From Candidatus Eiseniibacteriota bacterium (GTDB taxonomy: Bacteria > Eisenbacteria > RBG-16-71-46 > CAIMUX01 > VGJL01): a DNA stretch of 64,000 nt. Location of the stretch: positions 96,001 to 160,000 of the forward strand of contig JBHGAY010000003.1 in assembly GCA_041946735.1 (NCBI GenBank), read 5' to 3'. Numbering within the stretch: position 1 is the first letter of the stretch; each line of letters starts with the position of its first letter. A program made the translations under genes and the position numbers. Under the pieces are notes generated by a model. The model made no database searches. It saw only the letters and a list, made by a program, of their open reading frames with translations, and was not told the DNA's origin. Positions 56,901 to 64,000 of the stretch are shown one piece after another.

Positions 56901-57453
56901 TGGAGACGCAATGACCGAGTCGTGCGCCGTCCTGCCCCCCTTCCCGGGACCAGGCGATGCCACCGTTGACTCCCCCGGAGGAGCCGAGGTAGAGCCACGC
57001 CGCGCCCTCGCTGTCGTTGCCGTTGGAGTAGTACGGCGCGCCGATGATTACGTCGTCGTAGCCGTCGCCGTTTACGTCACCCGCGGTGGAAACCGAGTAG
57101 CCGAACTGCGACAGCCCGGCTCCGAAGGCCGACCAATCGGCGGAGTCTCCGGGGCCGTTGGGGCCGCCTTGGTAGACGCGCGCCCGGCCGTTGTTGTTGC
57201 CGAACAGCGCGTCGGCGAGCGGCTCTCCGACGATGACGTCCGCATACCCATCGCCGTTCACGTCGCCTGCGGTCGAGACGGACCAGCCAAGGTTCGCGCC
57301 GTTCTGGGATCCGTCGAGCGTCCACAGAGGCGTGGCTGCGATCCCGGCGAGCGATGCGGACGGCGCCAGGATGGCGGCGGACAGAAGCGCCGCGAACGCG
57401 GCGATCCATGCGGCCCCGGAGCGCGTGTCAAAGGCGAACAGCTTGCGTTGCAT
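53995..57453 (-). CDS. Secreted FG-GAP repeat protein with FlgD/T9SS-like C-terminal domain (paralog of 6376)
   Basis: GAGAGG ribosome-binding site; signal ending SLA; about 14 AGDVNGDGY repeats; VFPNPL..VHDVSGRRVATL..PGVYFARL..RLILAR. Confidence 0.88.
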   Translation of the reverse strand: MQRKLFAFDTRSGAAWIAAFAALLSAAILAPSASLAGIAATPLWTLDGSQNGANLGWSVSTAGDVNGDGYADVIVGEPLADALFGNNNGRARVYQGGPNGPGDSADWSAFGAGLSQFGYSVSTAGDVNGDGYDDVIIGAPYYSNGNDSEGAAWLYLGSSGGVNGGIAWSREGGQDGARLGHCVSTAGDVNGDGYDDVIVASPFYTSNLTEQGRVQIFLGGPDSLASSPHRTIYGSGAGDAFGWRVATAGDVNGDGYDDVLVSAVYYEGLLGPTNEGAVYCYHGSAAGVDDTADWLRSGVQADEYFGSGLAFAGDTNGDGFSDILIGAGAYDNGQVGEGHVVLYLGSATGLAGTPHREWESNQSDTYLGDAVATAGDVNADGFADVILGEPNLDAGQEDEGSVLAYCGSPTGPGSSIFAIDSDEAFAGLGWAVATAGDVDGDGRSDILVGAPFADAGGSNRGRVQIFAAFADHYGNADFTAENNQAGAGMGHAVGMADVNGDGYSDLLGAAWFYDAGETNEGRAYCWLGGYEGISNPADWYRDGNQTNAFYGHVIASAGDVNGDGYDDVAVTAPGYDDVLANEGKVWVHHGSATGLSADPSWSARGQQADSDFGWSAASAGDVNGDGYGDLIIGKPDHDNPQTDEGAALLYLGSAGGLQSAPVIGWEGNQDGANAGFSVACAGDVNGDGYSDVISGAPLYDTAQGNEGVVFVFFGSPGDLDPSPSQTIRRGFPGMKFGISIDSASDVNGDGYSDIVVGASGYTNGQDQEGAVYVYHGGPAGVDGLHDFAFEPNIAGAYLGEKVAGIGDINADGYSDIAAAAPHYGPNFEGRIYVFAGSPSGIVSTPFAILNGGDGRFGAAIAGYGDIDSDGFPDLVAGAPDATNGSEGEGLLALLYGNRTGASDFGPGAARRLHMRQPDDGSRLALLGRSEEAGEMRIRMLGRSAFGRGRVRASYQFSPLGETWSGPTLTTNWVDSGEPIPGQGSRVGINEIVSGLAGDTPYHWRVRFESESPYFSPTPWLSLAGNGPVDADFRTAGAPTGVEATDVTAGAGALDLRFERVFPNPLRDDTRLRFYIPSPGAVRLTVHDVSGRRVATLLDGHVEAGTHEIAWAGGAGTAGLSGSGGGRRLSPGVYFARLQAGDRVVHARLILAR

Positions 57454-57802
57454 AGGGTTCCTCTCTCGCCGCGGCCGTACGACGGGGTGTCGACCGTAAC
57501 AAAGAGAGAATGCCGGTTGCGGAAAAAGCGCACGGACGACGCGGCGCGAGGTTGAATCAGCGGCAGCCAGCCGGATCCGACCGACCCCTATCGGCGGTGG
57601 TCGGAAAGGGGACAGCGGGAGGGGGCGCTCCGGGTGGAGATCGTCCAAGCGAGCGAGAGGCGGCAGTGCTACCATCATTCCGCCCCGAAGGAAGGGGCGG
57701 CCCCGCGGGCCTCCCGAGCCGTGGGTTTCTGGGCATCGTGCGCGAGTGATCGAAAGACTGTTCTGTCGCAACGGCCGGCAGAAACAGAAAGGAGGGCCGA
57801 CG

Positions 57803-58510
57803 ATGAGGGCGATCTTTCTTCTCGCTCTCGGGATCCTTGCTCTTCCCGCCACGGCGTTCGCCTTCCCCGAATCGGCAGGATTCCTGTCCGACGTTCCCGT
57901 GAGCTTCCCGGACCCGCGCGAGGACATCTACTGCCAATTGCCGTCGGGCGGTTGGGGCGTGTACAACGCGTCGACCGCTTTCTCATCGGAGATGGCGGAC
58001 GACATGCCCGCGAACCTGAGCGGCATCTACGTCGGGGGAGTTGCGGTGTGGGTGGGGGAATGGGGGGGCGTAGATTGGATGCCGTTTACCAGCTTGATCG
58101 TCAACATCTACGACGACACCTGTCCTCCACCCCAGGATCCCGTCTTCAGTGTCGCCGTCCCGTATGACGAGCTGAACGCCATCCAAGTCTATGCGGGAAA
58201 CTGGTACGTGTACCAGTGCCAGGCCGATGTCTTGGCGCCGATTACGATCGATGACGCGACGTCGATCGGCTTCGTCGTTGATCAGGACTGGGGACAGAAC
58301 CCACCCTATTGCGGCATGGTCATTACCGATGGGGTCCTCTACGGATGCGAGCTGTACTGGGACGCCGAGTTCTGGGGTTATTCCCGTTGGATTCCGGGCT
58401 CGCAATACTTCGGCATTGCCGTAGATCTCGCCTGGTGCCTGGTCCATGGGATAGGACCGACCTCGACCGTGGAGACGCACTGGGGCTCGATCCGAGGACT
58501 CTTCCGATAG
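57803..58510 (+). CDS. Secreted Cys/Trp-rich protein with C-terminal WG tail (paralog of 49435)
   Basis: AAGGAGG ribosome-binding site; signal ending AFA; SEMADD; ends TSTVETHWGSIRGLFR*. Confidence 0.85.
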   Translation: MRAIFLLALGILALPATAFAFPESAGFLSDVPVSFPDPREDIYCQLPSGGWGVYNASTAFSSEMADDMPANLSGIYVGGVAVWVGEWGGVDWMPFTSLIVNIYDDTCPPPQDPVFSVAVPYDELNAIQVYAGNWYVYQCQADVLAPITIDDATSIGFVVDQDWGQNPPYCGMVITDGVLYGCELYWDAEFWGYSRWIPGSQYFGIAVDLAWCLVHGIGPTSTVETHWGSIRGLFR

Positions 58511-58544
58511 CAGTGCTCCCCGCTGTCGGTCGCGCTTCCGATTT

Positions 58545-58584
58545 CGAGAACTCCGCCGGATGCTTCCCGCCGGCGGAGTTCTCG
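58545..58584. terminator. Hairpin between convergent genes
   Basis: CGAGAACTCCGCCGG (58545-58559) pairs with CCGGCGGAGTTCTCG (58570-58584). Confidence 0.65.
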
Positions 58585-58627
58585 TTCCGGATCGCCCGGC
58601 CCATTGCCTGACCGAGATCGGCCCTGC

Positions 58628-60109
58628 CTACCGAATGCGGATCAGCCGGCCGGTGCCGGTTGCACCGTCGAGACGATAGAAGTAGAAGCCGGTGCCCAGG
58701 GCATCGCCTGCGTCGGTCTTCCCGTCCCAGCGGATCTCGCCGGCCCCGCCGCCGATCGGCAGCGATCGCACGATCCGCCCGGCCACGTCGAAGATCCGCA
58801 GGCTTCCGCTAGCGCCACGCGGGATCTGGAACGCCACTTGATTCGTGAACGGATTCGGCGCGCAGAGAATGCTCGTCGCGGCGCCGGGTCCCAAGTCCTC
58901 GACCCCGGCCGCCGACGCGATCCCTTGCGCGGAATAGACGCCCTGCATGAACGCACTCTCGCGGTTATCGAGCCAGGCCACGTCGAGGTTGCAGATCGCG
59001 TCGACGGTGATCACCGGTTGAAGGGCGTCCGACTGGCCGCTCGTGATCGACTCGGCCTGACCGAAGTAGATCCCATGAATGTTCATGTATCGGATGACGT
59101 TTCCTTCCGGCATGTACTCCCGCCACACGACGTGGACGTCGGCAGGGCCTTCGCCACAACGGCTGGTGGCCAGATGCGCGCCGTCCGATCCGTCGAAGGC
59201 GAGTTGGGTGAGTCCCTGCCATCCGGTGGCGCCGAGCTTGGAGTAGCAGACTCGATCCTGATTGCCGAATTCACGGACCATTACGGCGTGCACGCCACCC
59301 GTAAGGCTCACGGCGATGTCCGGATGTCGGACCGGCTCGGCTTCGTCTCCGATCACAACGGCGGTCGACCAGACACCTGCGACGCGCTGGCGATGATACA
59401 CCTGATCGGCGCCGCTCTCGTTGTCCTGCCAGAGGACGTGAACGTCACCGTTGGGGGCGACGGCGATGGCCGGCTCCTGGGCGGAATCAATGCCTTCGGT
59501 CAGCGGCTCCTGAGGCGACCAGACGGCGCCGTCCCAGTGCGAGTAGTAGATGTTGGAGAAGGTAGGCGGGGGATAGAAGTCGCCTTGCTGCCATACGAGG
59601 TGCACGGTCCCATCCGGGTCAGCGGCCAGGCGCGGATGGTCGGCCGTGCGGCCATTGTAGTCGTTGATCCGCTCGATGGGCGTCCACTCGCCGGACTCGA
59701 ATCGTCGGTAGAAGATTCCGTCCATGCCGCTGGCCCAATCCGACCAGACGACATGGACCCGTCCTTCCCGATCGACGGCGACCGCTGGATACGAGGTTCC
59801 GTCGGAGTCGGAGAGCTGCACGACCGGGTCCCAGTCGTCTCCGTGCCCCGAGCGGTAGAAGACCTGATCCCCCAGGTCCTCGCCGATCTGCTCGGACCAC
59901 ACGATGTGCACCTTCGAATCGGGTCCCGTCGCAATGGCGGGACCGGTGAGGGACCACATGGGGAAGGAGCTGATCTTGACGTCCTCCTGCCACTCGACCG
60001 CGACGGCGGAACCGGGGTGAGTGGCGGGAAGGACGCAGAGGAAGCCAAGAGCGATTGCGACCGTCGAGCAACCGGTCCGATGGCGAAACGAGGAACGTCG
60101 CGGTCTCAT
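58628..60109 (-). CDS. Secreted BNR-like beta-propeller protein with FlgD/T9SS-like C-terminal domain
   Basis: GGAGG ribosome-binding site; about 7 repeats of P.IA.D..G.VHVVW....YY..W; APNPF..IFDVAGRIVR..WDGKTD.G..GFYFYRL..RLIRIR. Confidence 0.85.
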   Translation of the reverse strand: MRPRRSSFRHRTGCSTVAIALGFLCVLPATHPGSAVAVEWQEDVKISSFPMWSLTGPAIATGPDSKVHIVWSEQIGEDLGDQVFYRSGHGDDWDPVVQLSDSDGTSYPAVAVDREGRVHVVWSDWASGMDGIFYRRFESGEWTPIERINDYNGRTADHPRLAADPDGTVHLVWQQGDFYPPPTFSNIYYSHWDGAVWSPQEPLTEGIDSAQEPAIAVAPNGDVHVLWQDNESGADQVYHRQRVAGVWSTAVVIGDEAEPVRHPDIAVSLTGGVHAVMVREFGNQDRVCYSKLGATGWQGLTQLAFDGSDGAHLATSRCGEGPADVHVVWREYMPEGNVIRYMNIHGIYFGQAESITSGQSDALQPVITVDAICNLDVAWLDNRESAFMQGVYSAQGIASAAGVEDLGPGAATSILCAPNPFTNQVAFQIPRGASGSLRIFDVAGRIVRSLPIGGGAGEIRWDGKTDAGDALGTGFYFYRLDGATGTGRLIRIR

Positions 60110-60313
60110 CGGGAACCTCCGTGTCTCTCGCTGGGAAACAGAACCGCTGAACTCGACCGCCTAATAGGATACGCCGGTCGGGGAAAGTCGGCTAGGGGAG
60201 TGGACCGATGCGGTGGGCGCGGCGCTCGACCGGGGCCGTGCCCACCGAAGCAACGCTCTCCGCCTGAAGCACGAGAGCCTACCTCAGACACACACCGGAG
60301 GACGGCCGCGACG

Positions 60314-60940
60314 CTACTTCTTCCAGAAGACTCCGCTATCCTCCATCCCCCGGACGAAGCCGACAGCGAAGTCGTCGATCGCGTCCAGCACGGAGTTGGG
60401 ATCCACGGTCCGCGATTGACCGCTCCAGATCAGCCGCTCGTCTTTCATGGAGTAGACGTTCGTCTCCACCGTCGCGACCGGATACTGGCGCAGGTAGCCA
60501 GGCGTCGTGACCAAGGTGTAGGAGGTGTAGTAGTAGGGGAAGAAGCCGAAGTAGCTCGGCCCTGGCTTGTAGTAACTCGTTCCAGGGACGTATTCGACTT
60601 CTTCAGAGAGCCCCAGCACGCGGGTGACCGCGACGAGGTCGATGCCGTTCTCTTCGCAGTACTTCCGGCCGCCCGTCGTGTCGAGAGGGGCGCCCGCCGG
60701 AATGAACGTGGACCCCATGATCGCCACGATGTTGCGCCTCTTCAGTTCGTTGGCCATCGCGCTCTCGAATACCCGGACATTGCTCTCGTTCTCACCCAAT
60801 CCAATGACAAGCATCTTCTGCTCGGGTGCGGCTCGGTATTCGGGATCACTCCACACACCGATCATCTGTGTCGAGCTGACGCAGGATAGTTGGAGTGCCA
60901 CGAACAGCAGGGCAGCGCCCGCGATCCCCGTACGTTTCAT
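60314..60940 (-). CDS. Putative lipoprotein (DUF4136-like) with Tyr-rich insert
   Basis: GGAG ribosome-binding site; lipobox QLSC; WSDP.Y, VETNVYS..LIWSG.S.T..P. Confidence 0.7.
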   Translation of the reverse strand: MKRTGIAGAALLFVALQLSCVSSTQMIGVWSDPEYRAAPEQKMLVIGLGENESNVRVFESAMANELKRRNIVAIMGSTFIPAGAPLDTTGGRKYCEENGIDLVAVTRVLGLSEEVEYVPGTSYYKPGPSYFGFFPYYYTSYTLVTTPGYLRQYPVATVETNVYSMKDERLIWSGQSRTVDPNSVLDAIDDFAVGFVRGMEDSGVFWKK

Positions 60941-61437
60941 GTCTCTTCTCCAATCGATCGGCTCCCCGTTTCCGACGGAGGGGCCTTGGTTCGGGAACAT
61001 CGGATGCGCGCCCTGGCGACCGATCCACATCCCGGTGTGCCTGTCTCCCCCGCGTTGCCCGGTAGTACGAGCCGGACGGATGCTGTCACCTGGCATCAGG
61101 ACTGTCAAGCGGATGGGCATCCTCGACGATGGGCTGCGACCGGCGGATCGAAGCAGCAACCGCGTCCCGGCCTGGTCGTTCGTCGGGAAAGACATGGGCC
61201 GAGAAATCATGGAAAGCGTAGCGATGGCGGAGGCTGTTGCAGGCGCGGGCAGGCGTCTCGCTCACGTTTGGTGTCGACAACCGGCAGGTCCCAAACTAAG
61301 ATGCTTTACGTTTGGAACGACCGGGGCCCCCGCGAGCTTCGGCTCCGAGAGCGCTTCCCGCCGACTGCGATTCGTTCGCGTCCCGGTGTAGTCCTGTCGG
61401 ATGGGCGAGGAGCGAGCTTATTGGAGGGGGGTTCGCA

Positions 61438-62112
61438 ATGATCAGGCCTCTGCTGCTTTTCGTTGCTTGCATCTTCGTCGGGATCCTCGCCGGGGATGCC
61501 GTGGCTCAATCGGACTTGCTTGGACCGAGCAGACGGAGCGGATACTGGGACTTCGGTGTGCAGACGCGCTACGTCGGATCCCACGACTACGACTCGAAGG
61601 GCGGTTCCCATCTCTCTCTCGAGGACGATCTCGGCTGGGGCTTCAATGTCGGCTATAGCTTCAAGGAGTGGCTAAACGTCGGCGCCCTGTTCTCGTGGAG
61701 AACGGTTGACTACAGCGCGAAAGTCGTGAATTCGGAGAAACCGGACGACATCATCCGCTACAGCAGCTGGCTCGATACCGCGACGATCGCGGTCAACGCG
61801 ACGTGGAACGTGCTGCCGAATCGATTGACACCTTACGTCCAGGGAGCCGGAGGTGTCGCGATGGTCGATACCAACATTCCCGCGTCGATCGACATGGATT
61901 GCTGGTACGACCCCTGGTGGGGGTATACGTGTCTCGGCTACGCGTCCACCTATGGCGACGACGGATCGTCTTTCAGTGTGGGCGCGGGAATGAGTTGGCA
62001 GCTCACGAAGGCCTTTTTCGTTCGGGCAGGATACGAGAAGACTTGGATCGACGTGGGCCCGGCGGACGACTTCGACATCATTCGCCTGGACCTTGCGTTC
62101 CTCTATCGATAG
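61438..62112 (+). CDS. Outer-membrane beta-barrel protein (OmpA/OmpW-like 8-strand)
   Basis: GGAGG ribosome-binding site; signal ending AVA; WGFNVGYSF, LTPYVQGAGG, VGAGMSW, FVRAGYE; loop CWYDPWWGYTC. Confidence 0.82.
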   Translation: MIRPLLLFVACIFVGILAGDAVAQSDLLGPSRRSGYWDFGVQTRYVGSHDYDSKGGSHLSLEDDLGWGFNVGYSFKEWLNVGALFSWRTVDYSAKVVNSEKPDDIIRYSSWLDTATIAVNATWNVLPNRLTPYVQGAGGVAMVDTNIPASIDMDCWYDPWWGYTCLGYASTYGDDGSSFSVGAGMSWQLTKAFFVRAGYEKTWIDVGPADDFDIIRLDLAFLYR

Positions 62113-62718
62113 CTCGGAGCCGGTGGCGCGCGGCGGCCCGCGGCGCCGCCCCCGATCGATCAGGCGGGCACGGCCCGGTCGAAGGCACCAAGGCGGCGCC
62201 GGATGGCCTGGCGGGTACGGACGTGGCGCTCGACTATCTCCTGTGCCGTGGACATATCCCACCATCTAGGTCCCGCGTTCCTCGATAGGGGAATTTGTGC
62301 GCCAATGTTCTGCCTCGTATCCCGCGACCGACCAACCCATCAACCAGCATGTTCGGATAGCCCGCGGGGGTCGCGAAGGCGTACAATACGGCGGCACCGA
62401 TAGAGGCGACATCCTTTCCGTCTGCCAATAGGCGACTTACGAGGAGGGGCGTCATGGGCCTGATCGGAGGATGGGCTTCCTCTCGCAGTCGCGCTGGCGC
62501 ATCCTTTGGCCCCGTGCTTCTCCCCGGTCAAGGCCACGAGCCAGCGCGTTCCTCAGGCTGTTCGGCGTTCTTCCCGAGGCCCCTCGCGGTGGGGATCCCC
62601 CGGGTCGCTCCCCTCCCATCCCTGCACGGTGCTCGTCGAAAGGCCCGCGCGGTCGCCGCTGTCTTCCTTCGGAAGAAACCCCTCCGCCACGAATTTCGAG
62701 GACCTAGGAGGTGATTTC

Positions 62719-63900
62719 GTGAGAACCAGCCGGAGAGCTCTCGGAGCCCTGCCCCTATTGCGCGTCGCGACGATCCTCGCGCTCGGCGTCTCCGCTTGCA
62801 GCAGCGGAGAAAAGGGACCGCCGAGCGGGGCGCCTCAGGTGAAGGTCGTCGCTGCCACGCAGAAAGACGTGCCGATCAGCAAGGAGTGGGTCGGAGAGGT
62901 GAAAGGCGCGGTCGACATCGAAGTCCGAGCCAATGTCGATGGCTGGCTGCAGGGCATGCACTTCAAAGAGGGCACCGAGGTCGAGAAAGGGACCCTTCTC
63001 TACACGATCGACACCAGCGAGCTGGAGCAGGCCGTGGCCACGGCCAACGCGAAGCTCGCCCAGGCGAAGACGCTCTTCGCCAAGGCGGAGTCCGACCTCA
63101 ACCGGTACCGGCCACTCGCGGCGGCGGGCGCTGTCAGCCAGCGAGACCTCGAATCCGCCCTCGCGGAATACGGGGCTCGGAAGAGCGAGGTCGATGCTGC
63201 GGAAGCTTCGCTGCGATTGTCCGAGATCAACTTCGGATATGCGAGGATCACCGCTCCGATCGATGGCCTGATCGGAATGTCAGCCGCGCGCGTCGGAGAC
63301 TTCGTCGGACGTCCGCCCAATCCTCTCATCCTGAACACCATCTCGCGGATCGACTCGGTGGACGTTCGCTTTTCCATCACGGAGCAGGAGTACCTCGCGC
63401 TTGCCCGAAAGCTTCAAGCCTCGACGGGCGCGGACCGCGGCCGGCCGAGAGATCGTTTCGTCTTCCAGCTGATTCTCGCGGACGGTTCCCGGTACCCCTA
63501 CACGGGAACGGTAAGCACTGCGCAGCGCGAGATCGACCCGGCGACCGGGACTCTCCAGTTCGAGGCGTCCTTCCCCAACCCGGATCGCCTCCTCCGTCCC
63601 GGGCAGTTTGCGCGGATCGTGTCGGTCGTGGACGTCCGCAAGGGAGCGGTCGTCGTTCCGTCGCTGGCGGTCATGGAGCTCCAGGGCCAGTACCTGGTCC
63701 TTACGGTTGGGCCGGACAGCAAGGTGGGTGTGCGGCGGATCGAGGCGGGGCCATCGGCCGGCGCCTTCACCGTGATCGATCGGGGGATCGCGCCAGGCGA
63801 GAAGGTCATCGTCGAAGGCATGCAGAGGGTGCGGCCCGATATGGCCGTCCAGGCGATCGAGGTCCCCCCCGATTCCATCATCGCGAAGGGAAGGCGCTGA
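62719..63900 (+). CDS. RND efflux periplasmic adaptor (AcrA/MexA-like lipoprotein)
   Basis: AGGAGG before GTG; lipobox VSAC; EVRANVDG.L..FKEG.EVEKG.LLY.ID, ITAPIDG, IDPATGT, FPNPD.LLRPGQF. Confidence 0.92.
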   Translation: MRTSRRALGALPLLRVATILALGVSACSSGEKGPPSGAPQVKVVAATQKDVPISKEWVGEVKGAVDIEVRANVDGWLQGMHFKEGTEVEKGTLLYTIDTSELEQAVATANAKLAQAKTLFAKAESDLNRYRPLAAAGAVSQRDLESALAEYGARKSEVDAAEASLRLSEINFGYARITAPIDGLIGMSAARVGDFVGRPPNPLILNTISRIDSVDVRFSITEQEYLALARKLQASTGADRGRPRDRFVFQLILADGSRYPYTGTVSTAQREIDPATGTLQFEASFPNPDRLLRPGQFARIVSVVDVRKGAVVVPSLAVMELQGQYLVLTVGPDSKVGVRRIEAGPSAGAFTVIDRGIAPGEKVIVEGMQRVRPDMAVQAIEVPPDSIIAKGRR

Positions 63901-63903
63901 GCC

Positions 63904-64000
63904 ATGTCGCGATTCTTCATCAATCGCCCGATCGTGGCGATGGTCATCTCGATCGTAATGGTGCTGGTCGGCCTGATCGTCATGAGTCGTCTGCCAATCT
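63904..64000 (+). CDS. RND efflux permease subunit (AcrB-like), N-terminus only
   Basis: MSRFFINRPIVAMVISIVMVLVGLIVMSRLPI, 3 bp after the adaptor gene. Confidence 0.9.
   Translation, partial: MSRFFINRPIVAMVISIVMVLVGLIVMSRLPI

Noticed and set aside
32128..62700. Prophage, integron or IS origin for the accessory region
   Set aside because: No integrase, transposase, phage gene, tRNA or repeated attC-like site was recognisable; the intergenic hairpins differ from one another.
1..64000. Many long alternate-frame and antisense ORFs (e.g. 1711-4164, 14428-17760, 25040-27910, 51519-53930, 58604-60889)
   Set aside because: They are Arg/Pro/Ala-rich shadows of real genes, expected at high GC, and show no family motifs.

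Overview
High-GC bacterial window of about 41 genes. I saw no rRNA, tRNA, CRISPR array or transposase. The many FlgD/T9SS-like C-terminal domains, FG-GAP proteins and 'SWG.hK..FR' tails suggest a diderm FCB-related candidate lineage such as Ca. Eisenbacteria; this placement is an inference. The left part is housekeeping: MBL hydrolase-cysE-cysK with a divergent gamma-glutamyltransferase, an addB-addA-nitroreductase-tandem NUDIX-EcsC-like run, a DinB-family gene and a SAM methyltransferase. The rest is dominated by exported proteins with three different C-terminal tags: six FlgD/T9SS-like domains, four short W-G-x-h-[KR]-x-x-[FY]-R tails and one PEP-CTERM. There are two ECF sigma + cytoplasmic Ser/Thr kinase-ATPase cassettes, each divergent from secreted-protein genes, and they share a candidate promoter motif. 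The second kinase ends in a beta-rich 'GTGRF' domain that aligns by eye with the two small secreted proteins facing it. It is followed in the same apparent operon by a TonB-dependent receptor and a 665-aa protein with a possible RelE-like tail. The window ends in an RND efflux operon. All calls come from motif recognition by eye; no database searches were run.
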